DNA of 32,000 nucleotides from the NCBI GenBank assembly GCA_964533505.1, contig CAZHKA010000023.1, positions 1-32,000 of the forward strand, given 5' to 3'. The notes under the pieces were generated by a model that was not told where the DNA came from, made no database searches, and saw nothing but the letters and a program-made list of their open reading frames with translations. Below are positions 8,073 through 17,176 of the stretch, one piece after another. A program made the translations under genes and the position numbers. Each line of letters starts with the position of its first letter. Within the stretch, counting starts at the first letter, position 1. The stretch comes from an uncultured Candidatus Bathyarchaeia archaeon (GTDB lineage: Archaea; Thermoproteota; Bathyarchaeia; 40CM-2-53-6).

Positions 8073-9149
8073 ATGAGCGGGAACAGGGTTTACCTGAAAG
8101 GAAATGAGGCCCTCGCTTACGGTGCGCTAGAAGCAGGACTAAACGCTTACTTCGCCTACCCGATCACGCCGTCAAGTGAAATCCCTGAAACGCTCGCCAA
8201 GGAATTTGGCAGCAAGAAGTATCCTGAATACAAGTTCTTTTTGCAAGCGGCAAGCGAGCTTGAAGCGATCAACATGGTGATCGGCGCAGCCTCGGGCGGC
8301 GTCCGAGCAATGACCGCCACATCTAGCCCTGGCTTCAGCTTGAAACAGGAAGGGCTGTCGTACGCGGCTTGCATGGAGCTTCCACTGCTGATAGTTGACA
8401 TCTGCCGGGCAGGACCGGGCCTCGGAAACCTTGGACCCGAACAGAGCGACTACTTCCAAGGTACGAAAGGAGGAGGACACGGAAACTATCATCTGATCGT
8501 GCTCGCGCCCGACTCTGTTCAAGAGATGGCGCTCTTACCCAGCGTCGGTTTTGAGTTGGCGTTCAAATACAGAAACCCCGTGTTGATCTTTGGAGACGCG
8601 TTCACGGGCCAACTCAAAGAAGACGTAGAGTTCCCTCAATTCACGCCAGAAGATTTCGATGTTTCAGCATGGGCAGCGACCGGAGCCAAAGGAAGGCCCC
8701 CACATATTCTCAACTCCCTAGAACTTGACCACCAGAAGCACTACAAACATCTCCAAAGGATCTACGAGAAGTACAAGCGAGCACAGGAGAAGGAGGTTAG
8801 GTTCGAGGATTATCGTACGGAAGATGCTGAGACCGTGATAGTTGCCTTCGGCATAGCGGCAAGAGTTGCGAAAGGGGTGGTAAACAAGTTGCGCTCTAAG
8901 GGCGTAAAGATCGGTCTATTCAGGCCAATAACCCTGTGGCCATTCCCGAGTCCTCAGCTCAAAGCGCTCGCATCCCAAGGTAAGCGGTTTCTTGTGGTCG
9001 AACTAAACATGGGACAAATGCTGGAAGACGTTAAGCTGGCGGCGGGCGACGGCGTTACAGTAGACTTCATCGGCAGATCGGGCGGCCTCGTTCCAACCGA
9101 GGTCGAGATAGAAAGCAAGCTCAGACGATTGGAGGTAGTAGCGGTATGA
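8073..9149 (+). CDS. 2-oxoacid:ferredoxin oxidoreductase alpha subunit
   Basis: GNEALAYGALEAGLNAYFAYPITPSSEI N-terminus typical of OFOR alpha. 358 aa. Confidence 0.9.
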   Translation: MSGNRVYLKGNEALAYGALEAGLNAYFAYPITPSSEIPETLAKEFGSKKYPEYKFFLQAASELEAINMVIGAASGGVRAMTATSSPGFSLKQEGLSYAACMELPLLIVDICRAGPGLGNLGPEQSDYFQGTKGGGHGNYHLIVLAPDSVQEMALLPSVGFELAFKYRNPVLIFGDAFTGQLKEDVEFPQFTPEDFDVSAWAATGAKGRPPHILNSLELDHQKHYKHLQRIYEKYKRAQEKEVRFEDYRTEDAETVIVAFGIAARVAKGVVNKLRSKGVKIGLFRPITLWPFPSPQLKALASQGKRFLVVELNMGQMLEDVKLAAGDGVTVDFIGRSGGLVPTEVEIESKLRRLEVVAV

Positions 9150-9946
9150 CTCAGGTTGCATACACCGTCAAATTGGGTAAACTCGGCGCGCTAACCGATG
9201 CGCCAACTCACTATTGCGCGGGCTGCGAGCACGGTACCCTGACGAGACTCATCGCCGCGGCTATGGACGACCTAGGCATCCGAGAAAAGACCGTGATGAT
9301 TGACTCAGTCGGTTGTAGCGTCCTAGCTTTCAATTACTTCAATTGCGACCACATTGTCGCCGCCCACGGAAGAGCGCCTGCAGTTGCTGCAGGCCTGAAG
9401 CGAGTTCACCCCGAGCTTATGGTCTACTCAGTACAAGGGGATGGCGACGCTGCTTCAATAGGGCTTCTCGAACTAATCTACGCCGCAAAGCGGTCTACCC
9501 CAATCACAATCTTCTTGGTGAATAACGCTATCTACGGCATGACCGGAGGACAGATGGCCCCCACAACAATGGAGGGACAGGTTACAACAACAACGCCGTT
9601 CGGCAGAGATGTTCATCTAACCGGTACAGAACTAGACGTCTCGAAGCTCGTGGCGACGATTGACGGGGCGGCTTACGTAAAGCGAGTAAGCCTTGCGATC
9701 CAAGAAATATCCAGCGTCAGAGGAAGCGTCTACACCATCAAGAATCTTCTAGACGCAAAGAAATCCGTCGAGAACGCATTCAAGGTTCAAGCCCTCGGAG
9801 GGTTCGCGTTCGTTGAGCTGCTAAGCACCTGCTCGATTAACTGGAAGATGCCGGTTCTCGAAGCGAAGCGATTCGTGAACGACAAACTGGTCAAGAAGTT
9901 TCCGTTGGGCTTGTACAAGGATACGTTTGGAGTGGAGAGCAAATGA
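9146..9946 (+). CDS. 2-oxoacid:ferredoxin oxidoreductase beta subunit (TPP-binding)
   Basis: CAGCEHG..., QGDGDAASIG and NNAIYGMTGGQ motifs. The short (266 aa) beta subunit suggests a 2-oxoglutarate-type enzyme, but this is unproven. Confidence 0.9.
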   Translation: MTQVAYTVKLGKLGALTDAPTHYCAGCEHGTLTRLIAAAMDDLGIREKTVMIDSVGCSVLAFNYFNCDHIVAAHGRAPAVAAGLKRVHPELMVYSVQGDGDAASIGLLELIYAAKRSTPITIFLVNNAIYGMTGGQMAPTTMEGQVTTTTPFGRDVHLTGTELDVSKLVATIDGAAYVKRVSLAIQEISSVRGSVYTIKNLLDAKKSVENAFKVQALGGFAFVELLSTCSINWKMPVLEAKRFVNDKLVKKFPLGLYKDTFGVESK

Positions 9947-10578
9947 CGAAGATCAAGATCCTCGTGGCCGGCCACGGCGGCCAGGGCGTCCTCCTCCTCA
10001 GCGATTACATAGCCTACACGGCAATGTTGGACGGAAAACATGTCGCCTACACGCCTTCCTATGGGCCGGAGACGCGCGGGGGCAAGGCAAAATGCTACGT
10101 GGTTATCTCAGATGAGGAAGTGGACAACCCGATCGTGGAGGATCCGGACGTTGAAATAATCATGAACCAACCATCCATGGATTTTCTGAACTACCTTCGT
10201 CCCAAAGGCCTGTTCATGTACAACAAATCATTGGTTGATAGTGCACCCGACCGCGATGACGTAAAGTCTTTCGGTATTCCGGCAACTGAAATTGCTGATC
10301 AACTGAAGTTTGACGTGCCAAAGGGCACCGTGGCGGATACCAAGATGTTTGCCAACGCAGTCATGTTCGGCTCGTTTATCGAATTATGCGCTCCGAAGAT
10401 AGGCGAGGAACTTCTCAAGGAATCTCTAAAGCACTTCTTGGCAGGAAAGAAAGAAGAGCTGACCACACTGAACTACTTAGGGCTTACAAGAGGAAGGGAA
10501 TTCGTGCGCGCAAATCCACCAGAAGAGTCCGCTCCCCAAGCACCTTTCCATTGCATCCCAGCATGGGCCGCCCAGTAG
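9943..10578 (+). CDS. 2-oxoacid:ferredoxin oxidoreductase gamma subunit
   Basis: KILVAGHGGQGVLLLSDYIAYTAMLDGKHVAYTPSYGPETRGG matches the gamma-subunit signature. Confidence 0.9.
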   Translation: MTKIKILVAGHGGQGVLLLSDYIAYTAMLDGKHVAYTPSYGPETRGGKAKCYVVISDEEVDNPIVEDPDVEIIMNQPSMDFLNYLRPKGLFMYNKSLVDSAPDRDDVKSFGIPATEIADQLKFDVPKGTVADTKMFANAVMFGSFIELCAPKIGEELLKESLKHFLAGKKEELTTLNYLGLTRGREFVRANPPEESAPQAPFHCIPAWAAQ

Positions 10579-10584
10579 ACCGAA

Positions 10585-11064
10585 TCAACCGCACCAGTAG
10601 CGATTCTTCCCCAGCTTACCCTCTACGGTAGAGAGGTCAAATCGGCCTAGGCAGTCGGGGCAGAAGCTAACAAAGGCTCTTCTAGTAAAGCCTGAACTGT
10701 GAATGTGCTCAGAAACCCAATATGATCCTGCGCATTGGATGCATCTACGCTTACTCGTCGTCAGAGGAATTCTCATCAACCTTGACTTGTCGGATGCGAT
10801 CTGGAGAGCGACGGTTTCGTTGACGCCTAACGCAACAGTCTGGACCGGCTCCTCCGGTGGAAACCCCAAGTCGGTCACAAGCATGTTACCGTTAGCTATC
10901 CAAACATCGAAGTGACCGTGCAATTCGCATTCGTGGCCTTCATTCTTTGCCGTGGCGCCGCGGGGTCCAAGAATGCATGGTCTCCCATTCACGTGACACC
11001 TTCCTTCCTCGATGAAGTTCAAGCACACTGACACCGACCCCAGTAGCATACTTTGTGTACACAT
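10585..11064 (-). CDS. Cys/His-rich hypothetical protein with a C-terminal CxxC...CxxC zinc ribbon
   Basis: ORF track. CIQC...CPDC pair plus N-terminal Cys/His residues. No family recognised. Confidence 0.4.
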   Translation of the reverse strand: MCTQSMLLGSVSVCLNFIEEGRCHVNGRPCILGPRGATAKNEGHECELHGHFDVWIANGNMLVTDLGFPPEEPVQTVALGVNETVALQIASDKSRLMRIPLTTSKRRCIQCAGSYWVSEHIHSSGFTRRAFVSFCPDCLGRFDLSTVEGKLGKNRYWCG

Positions 11065-11198
11065 TCTTCTGAAGGTAATACTCTACTCGGAATTTCTGTT
11101 GGTTATCAAACTTGATGCCTCATCGCATCTAATATACCACAAGCCTGAATCGTCCCAGATGCCCTGAGTTATTGCAAGACAGTAGAGGCCAGTGAAAT

Positions 11199-12428
11199 AT
11201 GGCTACGCTCTCTGATCGCGTAACTGGACTACATGTTTCCCCGATTCGCCGCGTTGCCGCTTTGTTGGCCGAAGCATCCGAACGAAAGGAACTGATATCC
11301 TTCGGAGGTGGAGCTCCCAGCTTACCTCCCCCAAAGGAAGTCTCCGATGAAATCATAAAATTGGTTTCCGAAGATTCGCAAGCCGCCACAATGTATTCAG
11401 GGACTAAGGGATACCTGCATCTAAGACACTTGGTCGCCGAAGATTGGTCGAAGCACCAAGGCGAAGCGTACGACGCTGAATCCGAAGTAATGATGATGGA
11501 CGGGGCGACCGAGGCGATTTATGCTGCATTCCAATCTCTACTGAACAAGAATGACGAAGTTCTGATTACCGATCCGTCATACTTGGGCTACTTGGAGGCG
11601 GCGCAACTCGCCGGCGGACGTGTGTCACGGCTTCCAGTTTCAGTTGAAAACAAATACCAACCCGATCTTGAGCTAACGAAGTCATTGATAACCCGGCGAA
11701 CCAAAATCGTCCTTCTACTTAGCCCGGACAACCCCACTGGTAGAATAGTTGAGTCGCCCTACGTCAGAGGGTTGCTTGACCTCGCTGTTGACAATGATTT
11801 CTGGATCGTATACGACGCCACTTATCGTGACATCGCTTATGGAGAACGTGGCAAAACGCAACCCAAACTTACAACTTTTCCAGGGGCTCACGAACGGGTC
11901 ATAGCGCTTGGTAGCTTTTCGAAAGAGGCCTCTGTCCCAGGCCTTAGGTTGGGGTACGTTCTAGGGCCGAGGAAAGTGATCGACGCGATGGAGAAAGTTA
12001 AGCAATACACAAGTCTTGCGCCGAATACGTTGAGTCAACGTGCAATGGTGACCTTCCTTACCGGCGATACTAAGGAGAAGTATCTTCGAGACTTTGTCAT
12101 TCCAACATATGTCAAACGCAGAGATTTCATGCAGAAAGCTATCGCGAAATACCTCCCCGAAGCCAATACCGTAACCCCGGATGGAGCTTTCTACTTCTTC
12201 GTTGATGTGAGGAAGTATTTGGCAACCATGCAGATTACGGACGAACAACTGTGTGCGCACCTAACGAAACAGAAAGGCGTGATTGCAATACCCGGGTCCT
12301 TCTTTGGAGAGAAGGGTGTCGGACACATCCGTTTGACGTTCGTTAGTGAACCCGAGGAGAGGATAGATGCCGGGATGAGGCGGATAGGAGAATACGTATT
12401 CTCCTTCGCGTTTTCGGTGGCTAAGTAA
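11199..12428 (+). CDS. Class I/II PLP-dependent aminotransferase (aspartate/aromatic type)
   Basis: 409 aa. NPTG, YDATYRD and the SFSKEASVPGLRLGY PLP-lysine motif. Confidence 0.9.
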   Translation: MATLSDRVTGLHVSPIRRVAALLAEASERKELISFGGGAPSLPPPKEVSDEIIKLVSEDSQAATMYSGTKGYLHLRHLVAEDWSKHQGEAYDAESEVMMMDGATEAIYAAFQSLLNKNDEVLITDPSYLGYLEAAQLAGGRVSRLPVSVENKYQPDLELTKSLITRRTKIVLLLSPDNPTGRIVESPYVRGLLDLAVDNDFWIVYDATYRDIAYGERGKTQPKLTTFPGAHERVIALGSFSKEASVPGLRLGYVLGPRKVIDAMEKVKQYTSLAPNTLSQRAMVTFLTGDTKEKYLRDFVIPTYVKRRDFMQKAIAKYLPEANTVTPDGAFYFFVDVRKYLATMQITDEQLCAHLTKQKGVIAIPGSFFGEKGVGHIRLTFVSEPEERIDAGMRRIGEYVFSFAFSVAK

Positions 12429-12560
12429 ACTCTGGTAACTAGGAATCGGGAAGCCTACTGGCCATTAGAAATGACAGTCTCTATAGTTCGAACACGTTAG
12501 TTTAGGCTTTGAAAAAGAATAAGGAAGCATATATTCTAGGCCTTACAGTATATTGAAATT

Positions 12561-13634
12561 GTGCCGGTTTTGGAAGCTCGAAAGGTTCAACGTGTCGGTT
12601 ATTCCACGCTTACAGTATCGCTCCCAAGAGACTGGGTTGAGGATGTAAAGCTCAAGGCCGGTGACATAGTCTCCATAAAACGAGAGGATGACGGGTCGCT
12701 CAAGCTTGTCCCCGGAACGGAACACAAGCGGGACGAGGTGAGAAATTGCATCGTAAATGCCGATCTATGCAATTCCCCACATCTCTTGACGCGAGTAATC
12801 ACGGCTAATTACATTCTAGGTCACGACACTATCCAGATCGTCGCCAAGGAAGAACTGAAGCGAGAGCATCTGGAGGAAATACGCTCAACGACACAACGCC
12901 TTACCGGGCTCAGCATAGTCGAACAAACAATGAAACAAGTGACACTGCAAAGCTTCGTTGACCCTACGCGATTTCCAATATACGGCCTGATGCGGCGCCT
13001 ACACATCATCCTTACTTCAATGCTCGACCTATCGCTCAAGGCTTTAGTCGAGAGAAGGCCGGAGCTTGCCGCCGAAGTCGCCCATATGGAAGAAGAGTCC
13101 GATAGGATATACTGGCTGATCGTCAGACAACTTCTCCTTGCAATCCGCGACAGGAGCGTGGGAACTAAAATCGGAATAGAATCACCGGTGCACATCGCGG
13201 GCAACAGGGTAGTTGCCAAGACCCTTGAGGAGATGGCGGATTCCGCGGAAAGTGTCGCAAACGAAGTCATCGCCTTGAAGGATCGACAGATCAATAGTGA
13301 GTCAATTCTTACTGACGTCGCGAAGTTCGGTGCTCAGACAGTCAGAGTCTCAGACCAGACAATGAAAGCTCTGCTCACGGGCGACATCTCCTTAGCGAAT
13401 TCAGCCGTCGAAATGGTCGAAGAAGCTGAGGAAGATGAGAGAAAGTTAACGCAGAAAGTTCTCGCACACGTAAAGGACCCTGCCTCGGCCGCAGGCTTGA
13501 GAATCATCGTCTGGAACTTAGGGCAGGTCACTAAGTTCTGCCGAATGATTGGTGAGGTAACCATAAACCGTGTGCTGGAGAAACCTTCGCCTATCTGTGA
13601 GTACCTCCCAGTTCCTGAAGCTCGAGCAGCTTAA
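12561..13634 (+). CDS. AbrB/SpoVT-domain plus PhoU-like-domain regulator (paralog 2)
   Basis: (M)EARKVQRVGYSTLTVSLPRDWVEDVKLKAGDIVSI aligns with the 3487..4581 product along its whole length. The likely start is TTG 12570, by analogy with paralog 1. Confidence 0.8.
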   Translation: MPVLEARKVQRVGYSTLTVSLPRDWVEDVKLKAGDIVSIKREDDGSLKLVPGTEHKRDEVRNCIVNADLCNSPHLLTRVITANYILGHDTIQIVAKEELKREHLEEIRSTTQRLTGLSIVEQTMKQVTLQSFVDPTRFPIYGLMRRLHIILTSMLDLSLKALVERRPELAAEVAHMEEESDRIYWLIVRQLLLAIRDRSVGTKIGIESPVHIAGNRVVAKTLEEMADSAESVANEVIALKDRQINSESILTDVAKFGAQTVRVSDQTMKALLTGDISLANSAVEMVEEAEEDERKLTQKVLAHVKDPASAAGLRIIVWNLGQVTKFCRMIGEVTINRVLEKPSPICEYLPVPEARAA

Positions 13635-13647
13635 CCTTATTGAATGA

Positions 13648-14073
13648 CTACTTTCGTAGAGCTTTGCCGATCATCACAAGGTCCGAGCGTTCCTCGTAAC
13701 CACATGCACTGAAGAAATGCAGAGACGTAGTGTTAGAATGGTAAATCTGAGCGTTCACTCTCTTCGCGCCCTTGCTTGCTAGCCGCTCCTCCAACTCACG
13801 GATAAGCTCGTTCGCTATGCCAAGTCTCTGATGCGACGGTTTCACAGCGAGATGATAAATCCATCCCCGCCGCCCATCCCAGCCGCCCATAACAGTTCCC
13901 ACAAGATCGCTTCCGTCCCTGGCCACGAGGAAGAGGTCAGGGTCCCTCTGGAGCTTCAACCGTATACCCTCCAAGTCATCCCCGGGCCTAAGAACCAACC
14001 CAGCTTCCTTCCATAGTCGTACAACCGAATCGTATTCCGCGAGATCAAATTCATTGATTCGGACGCTTGACAA
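13648..14073 (-). CDS. GNAT-family N-acetyltransferase
   Basis: GWIYHLAVKPSHQRLGIANELIRELEERL is the acetyl-CoA-binding motif A. 141 aa. Confidence 0.85.
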   Translation of the reverse strand: MSSVRINEFDLAEYDSVVRLWKEAGLVLRPGDDLEGIRLKLQRDPDLFLVARDGSDLVGTVMGGWDGRRGWIYHLAVKPSHQRLGIANELIRELEERLASKGAKRVNAQIYHSNTTSLHFFSACGYEERSDLVMIGKALRK

Positions 14074-14105
14074 TCAACTCACTCATGTCGCTTGTAGAGG
14101 TATTA

Positions 14106-14132
14106 GCGCCGCCGGCAGGATTCGCATCTACG
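14106..14132 (-). repeat. Fragment resembling the 3' end of tRNA-Asn (possible distal att site)
   Basis: gcgccgccggcagg (14106..14119) is identical to 28202..28215, which covers the first C of the CCA, the discriminator, the 3' acceptor strand and the 3' T-stem strand. It is in the same orientation, and partial similarity continues into the T-loop. No complete tRNA can be folded here. Confidence 0.35.
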
Positions 14133-14344
14133 TAGGTGAATTTTAAGGACACGGGAAAACCGGTTCAATTTTGGTCACCCGCACCACCACACCCACACAC
14201 ACACGAAAAAATCGAACGAACGACGGTTCACCTATTCCCTTTTCAAAGGTAGTCTAGCGAACAAATTACGACGGATGCGGCGATGAGTACACACACCATG
14301 CTTCCGACAATTGGGCGTGGAGTTTCTACTCATGAAATTTGTCA

Positions 14345-15105
14345 GGTTCAATCCTTGTTTTGATGGATTAGTCTTCCCGACTATCTAGCACGAGCTTACG
14401 GTATGGGCGCAGGCATGTTTCAATCCTTGTTTTGATGGATTAGTCTTCCCGACTTGGGTACTCTGGGTCGCCTCAGATCAAGTTTTCTAGTTTCAATCCT
14501 TGTTTTGATGGATTAGTCTTCCCGACTATGCTTACCGCGTTTGGTTCGACGGTTTACATTATGTTTCAATCCTTGTTTTGATGGATTAGTCTTCCCGACC
14601 TCATGCAGGGCATGGACACTTTTGAGGATGTCAGTTTCAATCCTTGTTTTGATGGATTAGTCTTCCCGACAATGTCTCCGTTGCGGGAAAACCGTTGAGG
14701 AACCTGTTTCAATCCTTGTTTTGATGGATTAGTCTTCCCGACATAGACCACGTAATCGTTGAGTGAATCGTAGTAGCGTTTCAATCCTTGTTTTGATGGA
14801 TTAGTCTTCCCGACCGAATTGGATGCAAGGGGTACCTCCGCCTGCACGCGTTTCAATCCTTGTTTTGATGGATTAGTCTTCCCGACGGATTTCTATAATT
14901 TGTTGGGCAGACAGTAGAGGGTTTCAATCCTTGTTTTGATGGATTAGTCTTCCCGACTATAACGTGATAGTTTGAGTTTGGCCTACACCGAAAGCGTTTC
15001 AATCCTTGTTTTGATGGATTAGTCTTCCCGACTTACTACGATAATGATGTCGAACATGTGTATATCGCGTTTCAATCCTTGTTTTGATGGATTAGTCTTC
15101 CCGAC
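14345..15105 (-). CRISPR. CRISPR array with 11 repeats of 37 bp and 10 spacers of 34-38 bp
   Basis: The plus-strand repeat is gtttcaatccttgttttgatggattagtcttcccgac. Repeats start at 14345, 14417, 14490, 14563, 14634, 14706, 14778, 14850, 14921, 14996 and 15069. Only the repeat at 14345 is degenerate (ggttc...). On the minus strand the repeat is GTCGGGAAGACTAATCCATCAAAACAAGGATTGAAAC. Its ATTGAAAC end matches the usual Cas6 8-nt handle, so transcription runs on the minus strand from the 15106 side. Confidence 0.97.
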
Positions 15106-15263
15106 TGCCACTTTTTTGGGTCGTTTTCGATTGTTTTGGTTTGATTTGAGCCTCATGTTGGTTTTTCATTTTCGGATCGTGGAATTATTCTAGCGGTTAT
15201 AAAGATCGTCTCACTCTTTGAGGCAAGTATAGCGTAGGATGCATGGAGTACTTCGGAGGACAG
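15106..15263 (-). promoter_or_regulatory. Putative CRISPR leader
   Basis: Non-coding AT/T-rich stretch between the cas4 stop and the newest (perfect) repeat. It contains a TTTATAA-like element on the minus strand, about 90-100 nt from the first repeat. The degenerate repeat is at the opposite end of the array. Confidence 0.5.
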
Positions 15264-15866
15264 CTACTGTTTCGCGAAGTTTGGCGTAAGGGATCCGACT
15301 TCGCATACCTTTCTGTAGCAGCATGTGAGACAACGGTTGCTGTAGCGGGCTGGAGGGCATTTCCCTGACACTAAAGTTTCCTTTGTTCGTTGGAGAATAG
15401 AAAGCGCTAGGTTGCGTATCTCTTCGGTTATGTTGACTTGGATCTCACGTCTCCTTGTTCTGTCAAACACGACTATTGCCTTTCTAACTTTCTTTCCAAG
15501 GGCCTCTTCGACAAGAAGCGAGAGTAGCCCTAGTTGGGTCTTGGTTGTGGTTCCTACGATGGCGTGGTCTGAGTATTTGCGTTCTATGATTATGACCTCT
15601 GTAGGTGTCTCTATGGCTTCATCTACTTTTCCTGAAAACAGTTGGCTCTCTGAGAATAGTTGGAGTTCGGTGACTTTTTTTCCTCTGGTTTTTCTAGGCA
15701 TGTAGCTGAGGTTCGTTATTGAGTGGCGTTCGTGGTACGCGCGGCCTGCTTTGACGCTTCCCTGTTTTCCTTCATACTGTTTCAAGCCAAGAACAAGTTC
15801 GTAGTATGTGAATTTGGGGCAGAAGGCGTTTTCGAGAGCATTAGTTACGGTCAGGTTGGTGTTCAA
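15264..15866 (-). CDS. cas4: CRISPR-associated exonuclease Cas4
   Basis: N-terminal Cys (AFCPKFTYYE), a RecB-type GKVDEAI...VIIIERK motif, and C-terminal CLTCCYRKVC Fe-S cysteines. The likely start is TTG 15866, which overlaps the cas2 stop (TTGA). The track ORF extends to 15953. Confidence 0.8.
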   Translation of the reverse strand: MNTNLTVTNALENAFCPKFTYYELVLGLKQYEGKQGSVKAGRAYHERHSITNLSYMPRKTRGKKVTELQLFSESQLFSGKVDEAIETPTEVIIIERKYSDHAIVGTTTKTQLGLLSLLVEEALGKKVRKAIVVFDRTRRREIQVNITEEIRNLALSILQRTKETLVSGKCPPARYSNRCLTCCYRKVCEVGSLTPNFAKQ

Positions 15867-16159
15867 ACTACTTCTATTGCCTTCTCGTTTGATACGTATT
15901 CCATGTCGAAACCTTGCCCAATTATGGTTATTTTTCCAAAGCAGTGTTTGCATGCAAGTATGAGGTAGATTGATTCGGGCTTGCGCGCGGCCTGTTTAAG
16001 GTTCTCGACTAGATTCTTCTTTTGCTGTGAGGATAGGGAGCCGCAGAAGACGCTCTTCTGGATTCTCACGAATCCCGCATTCTTGAGCGTCTGCATGATT
16101 TGTAGCCTCGTCTTATCGCTTGAGATATCGTAGACTGCATAGTACATGTTCTCCTTCAT
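15863..16159 (-). CDS. cas2: CRISPR-associated endoribonuclease Cas2
   Basis: MYYAVYDISSDKTRLQIMQTLKNAGFVRIQKSVFCGSL is the classical Cas2 beta1-alpha1-beta2 signature. 98 aa. Confidence 0.9.
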   Translation of the reverse strand: MKENMYYAVYDISSDKTRLQIMQTLKNAGFVRIQKSVFCGSLSSQQKKNLVENLKQAARKPESIYLILACKHCFGKITIIGQGFDMEYVSNEKAIEVV

Positions 16160-16163
16160 GAGG

Positions 16164-16982
16164 TCATGCCTCAGTTATGAACCGTTGAAGTAGCTTTCGG
16201 CAGTATTCCCAAGTATCCCTCTGAATCGGACGCGATAGCTCACCGATATATCGTGTCATCGCGTTTCGTCGGCCTTCTTTTGACAGGTAGACTTCGGTGT
16301 CTGAGCCTCTTTCTTCAAACCAAGAGTCTCTTATGATTCTCTTCGTGAACATCGTGATAACTAGTCGGTCAACTCTTGGTCGGAAGATCTCTATTATGTC
16401 AAAGACGAGTGTTGGTTTGCCGTAGGCGTCGGCGTGGTAGATTCCGGCGTTCGGATCTAGCCCAGAGAGTATCACGATCTTCTCGATGTCTGAATAGGCG
16501 TAGCCGTAGAGGTAGTTCAGAATCGAGTTGAACTCGTCTCTTGCGGGCTTTCTGCTTCGCTGTTCAAACACGTACTTGGTTGGGAGTATAGATGATATGG
16601 CTTTGAAGTATTCTGAGGCTGCGAATCCTTCCAATCCGAGGAGAGACTGTTTGAATTGCGGTGTGAATTTAAACGAACTAAGCTGCATGAGTGTTGATTG
16701 TATGTTATGAATCGCTTGGTTCAGTGTTTCTGTTCCGGCCTTCCTGTTCTTTCTGAGATGGCTGAGTAATCTCTTCTGTTCCGTGAGTTTAGTGGTCACG
16801 ATTGTCCTTGATATTTCAAAAGCCAGTTGCGAATCCTGGTTGAGGTACTGCCCTCGTCGAATCTCAGTTGCTCTTCCGGGTGCACTGGCCCAGAACCTTC
16901 CGAAGGGTCTGCCAGACCAATCGGCAAAAACAAGTTGTATTCCTTTCTCGAGACAGAGAGCAGCCGCTTGTGTGCTCACCAA
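16164..16982 (-). CDS. cas1: CRISPR-associated endonuclease Cas1; the 5' end (16983..17088) is disrupted
   Basis: GLDPNAGIYHADAYGKPTLVFDIIEIFRP and surrounding helices are Cas1 catalytic-domain motifs. The intact ORF lacks about 35-45 N-terminal residues, and remnants of them are visible upstream in shifted frames from ATG 17088. Confidence 0.85.
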   Translation of the reverse strand: MVSTQAAALCLEKGIQLVFADWSGRPFGRFWASAPGRATEIRRGQYLNQDSQLAFEISRTIVTTKLTEQKRLLSHLRKNRKAGTETLNQAIHNIQSTLMQLSSFKFTPQFKQSLLGLEGFAASEYFKAISSILPTKYVFEQRSRKPARDEFNSILNYLYGYAYSDIEKIVILSGLDPNAGIYHADAYGKPTLVFDIIEIFRPRVDRLVITMFTKRIIRDSWFEERGSDTEVYLSKEGRRNAMTRYIGELSRPIQRDTWEYCRKLLQRFITEA

Positions 16983-17176
16983 CGCGTTTGCGGTGATAAT
17001 GATTCAACAGTCAACACTACTTTATGTAGCGTTCTTCAACCGTCTTCCGGGTATGCTCCAGGTACTCTGTAATCGCGTCCTCTTTCATGATCTCGCCTAG
17101 CGTCCTTCTGGCAGTGGCAGTATGAAGTGTGTGTTGCTACTTTCTGTTTTAGGCTGGGCTTTGAACCTATTTGGGT

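Noticed and set aside
12821-13294. 157-aa ORF antisense to the AbrB-PhoU paralog; similar long antisense ORFs occur at 29072..29524, 29525..29854, 8172..8522, 3560..3949 and 3777..4163
   Set aside because: Each lies fully within a well-supported gene on the other strand, and the products are Ser/Arg/Cys-rich as is typical of antisense frames.
14566-14856. 96-aa minus-strand ORF with the repeating motif GKTNPSKQGLK
   Set aside because: It lies entirely inside the CRISPR array. The periodic peptide is simply the translated 37-bp repeat.
16164-17088. Idea that the lone cas1 marks a casposon
   Set aside because: cas1 sits in a normal cas1-cas2-cas4-leader-array context. No family B polymerase or terminal inverted repeats were seen.
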